Made by a program: the position numbers and the translations under genes. Below the pieces are notes generated by a model. The model had not been told where the DNA came from, did not search any database, and saw only the letters and a program-made list of their open reading frames with translations. A stretch of 64,000 bases of DNA, from the NCBI GenBank assembly GCA_017545505.1, contig JAFWNB010000003.1, positions 76,830-140,829 of the forward strand, read 5' to 3'. This document shows positions 10,590 to 19,387 of the stretch, piece after piece; the first letter of the stretch is position 1; each line of letters starts with the position of its first letter. The stretch is from Candidatus Saccharimonadota bacterium (lineage in GTDB: Bacteria > Patescibacteriota > Saccharimonadia > Saccharimonadales > Saccharimonadaceae).

Positions 10590-11465
10590 ATGCCAGTAAA
10601 AAAAGCAATCATCACTGATGCCGGTTTTGCTAGTCGGTTTTTACCGATTACTAAAACCATCCCTAAAGCTATGATACCAATTGGGGCTAAACCCGTAATG
10701 CAACTCTGCGTAGAAGAATGCGCCGCAGCCGGAATCGAAGAAATAATTATCGTTGTAGCACCAAATACTAAATCTAAAGAAATCTACGAAGATTATTTCC
10801 ATGGCCAATCCGAAAACGTCAAAGCCTTGTTAGATAAACAGGGAAAATCCGATCGCTTTGAACCAGTCAAAGAAATTTTAAATTTCCCCAAAATCACCAT
10901 TATAGAACAAGACTCTAGCTTACCTTACGGCAATGGTTCACCTATTGTCTCTGCCAAAGAATACGTCAAAGACGAAGAAGCTTTTGTAGTACTCTATAGT
11001 GACGATTTAATCCTTGGTGAAAGCGACGTTAAAATCTTGATCGATACCTACACTAACCACCCTTCAGCCAAAGCTGTAATTGCCGCCCAAGAAATGCCAG
11101 AAAAAGACTGGAGTAAATATGGTATGATCGCCTTAAAAGAAAACGGCACATTAAGTCATATCGTAGAAAAGCCAAAAACTCCAGATTTAAGCCCTAGCAA
11201 TCTAACCAGCTACGGGCGTTATTTACTAACTCCAGAAGTATTTGAGTACTTAATCCCATCAAATACTGGTCTAGATGATGAGCTTTGGACTGTAGATGCC
11301 ATTACAAAACTCGCCAAAAACGGCGATGTAATTATCGCAAAAAGTCAAGGCCATTGGATTACCACGGGTGACCCAAAAAACTATTTTCTAGCACAATTAA
11401 AGTATATTTTATCTGAAGCCGACTATGCAGATGATATTAGAAAAATCTGTGATACAATAAAATAA
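10590..11465 (+). CDS. galU: UTP--glucose-1-phosphate uridylyltransferase
   Basis: KAIITDAGFASRFLPITKTIPKAM, IVEKP, GRYLLTP. Confidence 0.8.
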   Translation: MPVKKAIITDAGFASRFLPITKTIPKAMIPIGAKPVMQLCVEECAAAGIEEIIIVVAPNTKSKEIYEDYFHGQSENVKALLDKQGKSDRFEPVKEILNFPKITIIEQDSSLPYGNGSPIVSAKEYVKDEEAFVVLYSDDLILGESDVKILIDTYTNHPSAKAVIAAQEMPEKDWSKYGMIALKENGTLSHIVEKPKTPDLSPSNLTSYGRYLLTPEVFEYLIPSNTGLDDELWTVDAITKLAKNGDVIIAKSQGHWITTGDPKNYFLAQLKYILSEADYADDIRKICDTIK

Positions 11466-11477
11466 AGGAGCATAATA

Positions 11478-11756
11478 ATGAATACAGCTGAATGGATTAT
11501 CGTAGCGATTCTAGCGATTACACTCTTAATCTTTTTAATCGTCGGAATTGTTTTAATAGTAAAACTAATTGACCTCACTAAAGAAGTAAAAGAAGTAGTT
11601 GTTGAAGGTCAAGATATCGCTAAAAATACCAACGGTATCGTTTCCAATGTTAAAGGTATGACATCAATCGGCGGAACCATCGAAATGTTTGTTGATAAAT
11701 ATATCAATCCCAAATTAAAAGATAAAATTAAAGAAACTAAAAAGGAGGAAAAGTAA
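11478..11756 (+). CDS. Membrane-anchored hypothetical protein (DUF948/YtxG-like)
   Basis: N-terminal TM then amphipathic/coiled region; adjacent to a YtxH-like gene. Confidence 0.55.
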   Translation: MNTAEWIIVAILAITLLIFLIVGIVLIVKLIDLTKEVKEVVVEGQDIAKNTNGIVSNVKGMTSIGGTIEMFVDKYINPKLKDKIKETKKEEK

Positions 11757-11757
11757 A

Positions 11758-11982
11758 ATGGCAGAAAAATCTGAAAAGTCCGAAAAAGGTAAAAGTGGTG
11801 CAGGTAAATTCTTTTTAGGCGCTCTACTTGGTGGTATCGCTGGAGCAGTCGCTGGTAAATTTATCAAAATTGGCGCAGATGACGGCGGCGAAGAAATTGA
11901 AGAAAAATGCAATTGCAAAGGTAAATGTGATTGCAAAAAAGAGCCAGAAAAGAAACCGGAAGAAAAAAGTACTAAGAAATGA
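11758..11982 (+). CDS. YtxH-like small protein
   Basis: GKFFLGALLGGIAGAVAG motif, charged tail, SD aggagg. Confidence 0.6.
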   Translation: MAEKSEKSEKGKSGAGKFFLGALLGGIAGAVAGKFIKIGADDGGEEIEEKCNCKGKCDCKKEPEKKPEEKSTKK

Positions 11983-14900
11983 AATTAAAGCCTAGTGATT
12001 TTGTACACCTACACAATCACACGCATTATTCTTTACTGGATGGGCTAACTAAAATCCCAGAACTTGTTGATTTTGTTAAAAAAGATGGCATGGAAGCCGT
12101 AGCCGTTACAGACCATGGCACTATGTCTGGTTTGGTAGAGCTATATAAAGAATGTAACGATAAAGGAATTAAACCAATTCTCGGTCTTGAGGCTTATGTT
12201 GCAGCTCGCAAAATGACAGACAAAGACCCAGCTCACGATAAACAAAGATTCCACATTACTTTGCTTGCCATGAATAATCAAGGTTATGAAAACCTTTGTC
12301 GGATTATGAGTAATGCAGAAGAATATGGTAAATATTACAAACCTCGTACAGACCACGACGAGTTAGAAAAATATAATGAAGGAGTCATATGTCTCTCTGG
12401 TTGTATGGGGTCAGAAATCTCCGAAGCTATTCGTGCAAACGACGACAAAAGAGCATTAGACCTGATAGAGTGGTATAAAAATACCTTTAAAGACCGTTTT
12501 TACCTAGAAATGCAGGACCATGGCCACCCGAAATCCTCTACTCATTCTGAAGAGCAAAAGAAAGTTAACGATTGGCTTATGGCGCACGCCAAAGAACTAA
12601 ATCTTCCACTCGTCGTTACCTGCGATGCTCACTATTTAAAACACGAGGACCAAGATGCGCACGAAGTTTTACTTTGTATTGGTACAGCCGCATATCTTTC
12701 TGACACTAATCGTATGAGCTTAAAAGATTACGACCTCCATGTTATTTCGTCGCAAGAAATAATTGACCACTGGCAAGATACCTGCCCGGAAGCCGTGTTG
12801 AACACTAAAAAAATCGCCGAGCGCTGCAACGTAGATTTGCAACTTGGTCGTATTTTGATTCCGAAATTTCCAGTTCCAGATGGTGAAGACGAAAAAACGT
12901 ATTTAGACAAACTAGTTTTTCAAGGTCTAACTCATCGTTACGGCGACAAAAGTCTTGAAGAAGCCACGAAACTAGACATAAAAGCTTGCCGCAAAATACT
13001 AACTGAAGTCGATAAAAAACGTGACGACGACCATAAAATACTCCCGCGCATCGACTATGAACTGTCTGTAGTAGATAAAATGGGCTATAATGGCTACTTT
13101 TTGATTGTGCAAGACTTCATTAACTGGGGTAAAAGCCAACGAATCGTTTATGGCCCAGGCCGTGGCTCTGCAGCTGGCTCAATTTTAGCATACGCTCTTA
13201 GGATAACTGACCTAGACCCCCTCAAATATGATCTTCTTTTCGAAAGATTTCTAAATCCAGACCGTATTAGTATGCCAGATATCGATACCGATATTCAGGA
13301 TACTAGACGCGACGAAGTAATTGAATATTGTACAAGAAAATATGGTGAAGCAAGAGTATCAAACATCGCAACCTTTGGTAAAATGATGGCTAAAAACGCC
13401 GTACGAGATGTCGCACGCGTACTAGAAGTACCCTACGCTGAGGCAGATCGCTTGGCAAAGCTTGTCCCAGATCCAGTACAAGGTCATCATGTACATCTCG
13501 CTGATGCAATTAAAGACGTACCAGATCTAAAACAAGAATATGAAACCAACCCCACCTCTAAAGAAGTTATAGATTTTGCTTCTAGACTGGAAGGAACCAT
13601 TAGGAATCACGGCGTTCACGCATGTGGTGTTATCATCGCGCCAGATGATTTGGTTAAGTTCTTACCGCTAGAAGTTTCCGCTAAGGGTCCAATCGCTGCC
13701 CAATTCCCAATGGGTCAAGTCGAAGAACTAGGTCTGCTTAAGATGGATTTTCTTGGCTTGTCTAACCTTTCGGTTATTAATAATGCCTTGCGTATGATTC
13801 GCAAAGTCTATCATAACGATATAAACTTATCCAATCTTCCATTGGACGACAAAAAGACCTACGAACTACTACAACGCGCCGAAACCACCGGTGTATTCCA
13901 ATTGGAATCTGCCGGTATGAAACGGTACTTAAAAGATCTCAAAGCTTCTACCTTTGAAGATATTATCGCTATGGTGGCATTATATCGTCCAGGACCAATG
14001 CAGTTTATTGATTCATTTATTAAGAGAAAACACGGCGAAGAAAAAATCACCTATCTTCACCCTGGTCTAGAAAATTCGCTTAAAAACACCTACGGGATTT
14101 TAATTTACCAAGAACAGTTCATGCAGATTAGTAAGGAATGGTGTGGCTTTACTGGCGGCCAGGCCGATACTTTACGTAAAGCCGTAGGAAAGAAAAAAGT
14201 CGATCTCATGAATAAGGTCAAACCGGAATTCATTGAAGGGGCAATTAAAGTTGGTGGGGCAACTAAAGAAATTGCCGAAACTTTCTGGGATCAGTTGCTA
14301 GAATTTGCGAATTATTGCTTCAATAAGTCACATGCCGCATGTTACGCTTTAATAGCCTATTGGACAGCCTACCTAAAAGCGCATTACCCCGATGCCTTTA
14401 TGGCGGCACTTATGACGGCAGATATGCGCTGGACCGATCGCCTTGCTATCGAAATCGCTGAGTGTAAAAAAATGGGATTAAAAGTATTAGGCCCAGATAT
14501 CAACGAGAGCTATGGTGATTTTGGCATCGTAGGCGGTGAAAAAACCATACGCTTTGGTCTTTCTGGTATCAAAAACATGGGCAAGGCCTTAGTAGAGGAA
14601 TACGTCATACCAGAGCGCGACAAAAATGGTCCGTTCAAATCTGTTTGCGATTTTGCTAAACGAGTAGATTCCACTAAATTTAATAAAAAATCCTGGGAAT
14701 CCGCCATCAAAACCGGTGCATTTGACCGTTTTGGATCTTCGCGCTCAGATTTATTGTTTAATCTAGAAGCTATTCAGGCTTATGGAGCTAAAATTCAAAA
14801 AGATGTAGGTTCTGGCCAAACTGATTTATTTGGTATGATGGGCGAAGCTGGGGCAATCCCAGAAGTAGAAATCAAACCCGCTCCAGTACAACATCCAGAC

Positions 14901-15695
14901 AAAGAGTTACTTCTTTGGGAACGCGATTTAATGGGGCTTTATCTTTCAGCCCACCCACTAGATAAATACGACACTTACTTCGAAGAACAAACCCATCCAA
15001 TGTCTTTAATAACAGCCGAAAATGACAACAAAATTGTAACAATCGGCGGAATTATCACGACCGTACGTACCATTTTAACGAAAAAAGGCGATAAAATGGC
15101 CTTTGTTAAAATAGAGAATAAAACCGACGAAACCGAATTTATAGTTTTTCCGAGTATATTTGAAGAATTTGGAGGAAAACTAGTAGTCGACAACGTCGTT
15201 AAAGTGAGAGGGCGCGTCAATGCTAAAGATAAAAATGGCAACGTTACTTCTGACGCTAAAATACTAGCAGAAGCTGTAGAATTGATTTCGGACGAAATCC
15301 TAGAAAACTATAAATCAACCGGCACCAAATTAGCCGCGCCAATCACCGCGCCAAATCAAGGTCAAAAAAGAGGTCGCTCATCAGCCGAAAGAGTCTATAA
15401 TAAAACGCAAAAGGATTCTTCAATACCAGAAGAAAAACATATTTTAAAAGAGCCACCCAAAGACCCCCGTAAAGAACGCTTATATATTTTAATTAATAAT
15501 CCAGAAGACACGGAAACACTAACCGCCATTCGCCGCCTAGCAGACATCTACCTCGGGATGCAAGAAGTGATATTAGTATTGAAAAATGGCGAAGAAAAAC
15601 GCCCACTCCGTATGCCATTTAAAGTTGAAGTAAGTGAAGAATTACTTACAAAACTGAACGATTTAGTAGGCGCAGACAACGTCAAATTATGCTAA
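11979..15695 (+). CDS. dnaE: DNA polymerase III alpha subunit
   Basis: PHP FVHLHNHTHYSLLDG, GPGRGSAAGS, MPDIDTD, FNKSHAACY, OB fold. Confidence 0.98.
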   Translation: MKLKPSDFVHLHNHTHYSLLDGLTKIPELVDFVKKDGMEAVAVTDHGTMSGLVELYKECNDKGIKPILGLEAYVAARKMTDKDPAHDKQRFHITLLAMNNQGYENLCRIMSNAEEYGKYYKPRTDHDELEKYNEGVICLSGCMGSEISEAIRANDDKRALDLIEWYKNTFKDRFYLEMQDHGHPKSSTHSEEQKKVNDWLMAHAKELNLPLVVTCDAHYLKHEDQDAHEVLLCIGTAAYLSDTNRMSLKDYDLHVISSQEIIDHWQDTCPEAVLNTKKIAERCNVDLQLGRILIPKFPVPDGEDEKTYLDKLVFQGLTHRYGDKSLEEATKLDIKACRKILTEVDKKRDDDHKILPRIDYELSVVDKMGYNGYFLIVQDFINWGKSQRIVYGPGRGSAAGSILAYALRITDLDPLKYDLLFERFLNPDRISMPDIDTDIQDTRRDEVIEYCTRKYGEARVSNIATFGKMMAKNAVRDVARVLEVPYAEADRLAKLVPDPVQGHHVHLADAIKDVPDLKQEYETNPTSKEVIDFASRLEGTIRNHGVHACGVIIAPDDLVKFLPLEVSAKGPIAAQFPMGQVEELGLLKMDFLGLSNLSVINNALRMIRKVYHNDINLSNLPLDDKKTYELLQRAETTGVFQLESAGMKRYLKDLKASTFEDIIAMVALYRPGPMQFIDSFIKRKHGEEKITYLHPGLENSLKNTYGILIYQEQFMQISKEWCGFTGGQADTLRKAVGKKKVDLMNKVKPEFIEGAIKVGGATKEIAETFWDQLLEFANYCFNKSHAACYALIAYWTAYLKAHYPDAFMAALMTADMRWTDRLAIEIAECKKMGLKVLGPDINESYGDFGIVGGEKTIRFGLSGIKNMGKALVEEYVIPERDKNGPFKSVCDFAKRVDSTKFNKKSWESAIKTGAFDRFGSSRSDLLFNLEAIQAYGAKIQKDVGSGQTDLFGMMGEAGAIPEVEIKPAPVQHPDKELLLWERDLMGLYLSAHPLDKYDTYFEEQTHPMSLITAENDNKIVTIGGIITTVRTILTKKGDKMAFVKIENKTDETEFIVFPSIFEEFGGKLVVDNVVKVRGRVNAKDKNGNVTSDAKILAEAVELISDEILENYKSTGTKLAAPITAPNQGQKRGRSSAERVYNKTQKDSSIPEEKHILKEPPKDPRKERLYILINNPEDTETLTAIRRLADIYLGMQEVILVLKNGEEKRPLRMPFKVEVSEELLTKLNDLVGADNVKLC

Positions 15696-15705
15696 AAAAT
15701 AAAAC

Positions 15706-15801
15706 TGTCGAACCAACTTCGACAATTTTTGGCAATAATTACCACTGTTATTTGCAATTTTGCGATTAATTATTTACTTTTTGTCAAATTTAGTATATAA
15801 T
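15706..15801 (+). repeat. Promoter block copy 1 (palindrome + TTTACT-17-TATAAT)
   Basis: Near-identical to 18558-18652. Palindrome tgtcgaa-ccaac-ttcgaca at 15706-15724; -35 at 15773-15778; -10 at 15796-15801. Confidence 0.85.
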
Positions 15802-15937
15802 TAGCACAGTTCAAAAAAATGAACTAGTCCATTAAAAAAGAAGGGTTTCGACCTTTCGCGACAAATATTCCTCCAAGTAAACTTGGAGTTTTATATATAA
15901 GTTGTCAAGTTGAAAACAAATAGAAAGGAGAGACATT

Positions 15938-16129
15938 ATGAAGAAAATGTCCAACGAAACCCCGAAGATCCGCAGAGCGAAGCAGGCGACACCGCCGCCG
16001 CTGCCTCCCAGGAGAGAAAAACCGGCACCTCCGCCGCTTCCTCCTCGGAGAACAGAACAGGCGCCCCCGCCGCTGCCTCCCAAAAGGAAAAAAACGGCAC
16101 CCCCGCCGCTTCCTCCTCGGAGAAAATAA
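15938..16129 (+). CDS. 63-aa Pro/Arg-rich peptide with four PPPLPP(R/K)R repeats
   Basis: SD aaggag 8 nt upstream; 36-nt repeat units with synonymous Pro codon variation. Confidence 0.7.
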   Translation: MKKMSNETPKIRRAKQATPPPLPPRREKPAPPPLPPRRTEQAPPPLPPKRKKTAPPPLPPRRK

Positions 16130-16138
16130 ATTAGGCAT

Positions 16139-16485
16139 AGATCTGTCACCTAAATGGGATACCATTTAGGTGATCCGACCTTAAGTCGGATCTTGTCCCC
16201 AGCTTAGCTGGGTCTCATGGAGCGAAAAAAGCCAAGAAGACAAATCTTGGCGATGCGCACGCCAAGATAAACTCTTACTCTTTGGTGGACGCACCAAGAG
16301 ATGGCTTTATAAGCAGTGAGACAGATCTGGGAGCCCGCGTAGTTACGCAATATCATTCCGGAGTCTTCCTATCTAGTAGAGATTATCTCACTGGATAGGA
16401 ACGTTCTCCGAAGGCGCCCCCCACACGCGACCTTCTAGCTGATATCGGCAGAAGGATAGTGACGAAAGGAGAAATCCTTCGCGTA
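16139..16485 (+). ncRNA. Unidentified structured RNA, copy 1
   Basis: ~125-nt core (16199-16322) near-identical to 19178-19303 with compensatory changes; shared 3' domain acgcg...agga-GAAA-tcct...cgcgt. Confidence 0.7.
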
Positions 16486-16494
16486 AACCAGTTA

Positions 16495-16526
16495 CCCCCG
16501 ACTCAGAAAGAGTTGGGGGCTTTTTA
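16495..16526 (+). terminator. Intrinsic terminator of cassette 1
   Basis: cccccgactc-agaaa-gagttggggg then cttttt. Confidence 0.8.
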
Positions 16527-16595
16527 TGCTATAATTAAGCTAGACCCGGCGAGGATAACCTCTTAAACTCTTACGACCGAGTAGCAGGAGGCTAT

Positions 16596-16817
16596 ATGGA
16601 AATCAATCCTTTAACCACCATTATTCGCGATCGAAATAACACTAAAAAATACTTCATCTATACTTTCTATTCCGAACAGACAAAAAAATGGGAAACCGTT
16701 GCCGTAAAGAAAGTTAATTATGAAAGTATCAAGGAAGTCAAAATGGAACAATCGTATTCCCGCGAAGAAGCTCTTCGCCACCATTTAGACTTCATCGCCC
16801 ACTACAGTGTTTTTTAG
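16596..16817 (+). CDS. Hypothetical protein (73 aa)
   Basis: SD aggagg, own terminator hairpin at ~16836-16870. Confidence 0.65.
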   Translation: MEINPLTTIIRDRNNTKKYFIYTFYSEQTKKWETVAVKKVNYESIKEVKMEQSYSREEALRHHLDFIAHYSVF

Positions 16818-16986
16818 AGTTTTTTGATAGCACCTTCAGCCCAGATTGTATCTGGGCATTTTTCTTTTTTTATCATTTATTTTAAATATATACAAATTTA
16901 TATAATAGATATTGACTATTTATACACTATATGATATAATCAAAAAGTAAGCCTTTAGGCTAGGTACTTTTACAGTGCAGGATTAC

Positions 16987-17052
16987 TGATTGCAGAATAG
17001 GGTTTGACGGGATAATTACATTTACATCTCTTTTAATCCTATTCTGCAATCA
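16987..17052 (+). promoter_or_regulatory. Long leader hairpin upstream of the sigma4/alpha-CTD gene
   Basis: Perfect 15-bp stem tgattgcagaatagg/cctattctgcaatca, downstream of a TTGACT...TATAAT promoter. Confidence 0.5.
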
Positions 17053-17142
17053 ACTAAATCAAAAAAGGCGTAGCAAGGAGACGCTTTCCAGGTTTAAAGC
17101 AGAGTAACTTGAAAAAAATCGAAAAGAAAGGCGAACGAAAAA

Positions 17143-17973
17143 GTGGGAAAAAGCAGAGAAAAATATAATATCTTCGGAACTAACAAAGAAACTTGGGGCC
17201 AGCGCCTCGCAAATGCTATTTGCGGGCATTCATACGAGTATGGTATACTTGGATGCTTCCTTACGGAAGTGACCGAACTCCTTAAGGCAAAACTCTCTGA
17301 AAGAGAGTTCGAAATTGCCGTAAGGTGTTTCGGTATAAATGCCGCAAATAAAAGAGAGACTCAAAAGGCTGTAGCTGCCAGTTTGGGTATCGCGGAGTCC
17401 CAGATGAGATCCACATCCAAAAAGGTTGTGGAAAAAATCAACCGGACCTGCGGTCCAGACCTGAGGGGGCTAATGCTGAAACCCGATGAGGTCTCGAAAA
17501 GAATCGTCGGCCTAGAACACGAAAACGAGCGACTCAGAAAGCAAGCGGTGGACCCCGCTAGCTTCACGCGCCTTCAGCAGGAGGCCAAAAACGCTCGGAA
17601 CGCCTATGCCGGCGAAAAGGCCAAGCGCGAAAAGCTTGAAGCCGAACTTGCTAAGCTTGTCGCCTCAGTCGAGAAGCTCAAGGAAGAGCGCCGAGTCGCT
17701 ATTAACGAAAAGGCGAAAGCCCTGAGCAAATACGACGCAATAGTAACTCAGGTAACCAACGTGATAACAGCAACGATAGACTTTAACGTCACGTTAGAGA
17801 CCTTTGACTTCAGCGCGGAAACCATGAATGAGCTCACTAGAGCTCATATCGTGAGTGTAGAAGCTCTTCTAAAGAGAGACTCTCACTCCCTCCGAAGATT
17901 AGGAGTGAGCAATAAAGCGATCTCTGAAATCATGGAGAAACTGAGGCTTAAGGGCTTCGAGCTGACCGCGTAA
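17143..17973 (+). CDS. sigma70 region 4 HTH + coiled coil + RNA polymerase alpha-CTD-like fusion protein
   Basis: LSEREFEIAVRCFGI...TQKAVAASLGI (sigma4 pattern); LETFDFSAETMNELTRAHIVSVEALL...EIMEKLRLKGFEL (alpha-CTD pattern). GTG start; terminator ~17997-18028. Confidence 0.6.
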   Translation: MGKSREKYNIFGTNKETWGQRLANAICGHSYEYGILGCFLTEVTELLKAKLSEREFEIAVRCFGINAANKRETQKAVAASLGIAESQMRSTSKKVVEKINRTCGPDLRGLMLKPDEVSKRIVGLEHENERLRKQAVDPASFTRLQQEAKNARNAYAGEKAKREKLEAELAKLVASVEKLKEERRVAINEKAKALSKYDAIVTQVTNVITATIDFNVTLETFDFSAETMNELTRAHIVSVEALLKRDSHSLRRLGVSNKAISEIMEKLRLKGFELTA

Positions 17974-18083
17974 AGTCCTACATACAACCTTGCACTAACC
18001 AGCGAATATTAATTCGCTGGTTTTTTTATAAAAATGGCCCGTTCAATGAACGAGCCGGTTTTGATGAAAATGGTTTTGGTAAA

Positions 18084-18386
18084 TTAATAATAATTAATTG
18101 CCTTTTTGTAACTCGTATCGTCCAAGATTTCCCTGATAGTCTTCTCGACAAAAGGAAAAACGGTCTTAGTTTCTGCATCTATAAACCCGATTTTTATTAA
18201 CCTATTAATTATAATAGAATCGAGAATCGGTTCCGCAAAAACACAATACGAACCAAGAGCCATAAAGGCATCGAAATCCTTCGCAACTAAAATGAGCGTC
18301 CTACACAGTATTTCTCCATATGTTAGCTCTTTCGAATCGTTACGGTTCGGCTTTCGGCCTTTCGCAAAACTAATAATATCCCCCAT
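18084..18386 (-). CDS. Hypothetical protein
   Basis: ATG 18386 after ggag; hairpin terminator ~18032-18062. Confidence 0.55.
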   Translation of the reverse strand: MGDIISFAKGRKPNRNDSKELTYGEILCRTLILVAKDFDAFMALGSYCVFAEPILDSIIINRLIKIGFIDAETKTVFPFVEKTIREILDDTSYKKAINYY

Positions 18387-18557
18387 CTTATTATCTCCCA
18401 TCTGACAAAAGTACAATACCTACAGTTAAAAGTATATTATATTAATATAACACATAATATATTTCTAGTCAAGAAGACCGCAATAATTTGTCATCAATTA
18501 TATTTCAAATAGCTAGAAAAGATATTGGAAAGGTATATGATAAGTATAGATAGGATT

Positions 18558-18652
18558 TGTCGAACCAACTTCGACAATTTTTATAAAAATTACCCCTGTT
18601 ATTTGCAATTTTACGATTAATTATTTACTTTTTGTCAATTTTAGTATATAAT
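18558..18652 (+). repeat. Promoter block copy 2
   Basis: Near-identical to 15706-15801; -35 at 18624-18629, -10 at 18647-18652. Confidence 0.85.
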
Positions 18653-18786
18653 ATATCACAAGCTTACATAATTAAGCTAGAAATTTAAAAAGGAGGAGAT
18701 TATTCGCTTCATTTTCTTTTCGAAGGAATTTCCTTCGAAATTTCACATATAGAAACAATAAGGAAATTCACGAAAAGGAGATGCAT

Positions 18787-19062
18787 ATGTTCTACAAAAT
18801 CGCAAGCTTTCGGTATTATGATGGAGCCATCGACGAAAAAGCAAGCTTTTACGTCAAAGAGGAAGATATTTCTTCCTTCGTCAACTACCTGATAAAATGC
18901 GGTTATTCCGGCGAATTCGATGGAATTAGCGGTATCTACACCATAAAATCCTTCGATAGATATAATGATCCTATACATTCAACGATCATTATAGACCGGA
19001 TTCGCATCTTTAACAGGAAGAGGTGGCATTCATTTGTTCGCGATTCAGTGCCATCGTCTTGA
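18787..19062 (+). CDS. Hypothetical protein (cassette 2 cargo)
   Basis: SD aaaaggag 6 nt before ATG 18787; no similarity to the cassette 1 peptide. Confidence 0.6.
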   Translation: MFYKIASFRYYDGAIDEKASFYVKEEDISSFVNYLIKCGYSGEFDGISGIYTIKSFDRYNDPIHSTIIIDRIRIFNRKRWHSFVRDSVPSS

Positions 19063-19139
19063 CGTTGGGCTACTGACTTATCGGGAAAACCTTGCGGTTC
19101 GGTCGAAATCGTAGGAACGTTTATAAGACGTGATCGACC

Positions 19140-19384
19140 TTCTTCTATTGCTTAAATTATCGCCAGTTTAAGCATAACCAGTTCTACTGGGTCCCACGGA
19201 GCGAAACAAAAAGCCAAGAAGACAAATCTTGGCGGTGCGCACGCCAAAATAAACTCTTACTCTTTGGTGGACGCACCGAGAGAAGGCTTTATAAGCAGTG
19301 GGGTAGAAGAATTCCAAAAAGGCGGATAAAATCCGAACGAACGCGCTCCGATAAGGAGATACTAACAAAGGAGAAATCCTCGCG
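19140..19384 (+). ncRNA. Unidentified structured RNA, copy 2
   Basis: Homologous to 16139-16485; closing helix ttcttcta/tagaagaa; compensatory changes in several stems. Confidence 0.7.
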
Positions 19385-19387
19385 TAG

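Noticed and set aside
12900-13080. Possible intein or repeat insertion in dnaE
   Set aside because: Only a short charged insertion, with no Cys/His-Asn splice motifs and no palindromic element.
15706-15724. Palindrome resembling a Firmicute LexA box (CGAAC-N4-GTTCG)
   Set aside because: It is one base short (cgaac-caac-ttcg). It is kept only as an unassigned operator or terminator.
15832-16165. Alternative ORFs over the Pro-rich repeat (15832-16149 minus, 15905-16165 minus, 15910-16134 plus)
   Set aside because: Stop-free only because of the GC-rich repeat. Only ATG 15938 has an SD and lies in the promoter orientation.
16139-16485. Identification of the duplicated RNA as tmRNA (smpB is adjacent), RNase P, a group II intron or a hammerhead
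   Set aside because: There is no tRNA-like domain or CCA, no GAGGAAAGUCC core, no conserved domain V, and the CUGAU..GAAA-like stretch is absent from copy 2.
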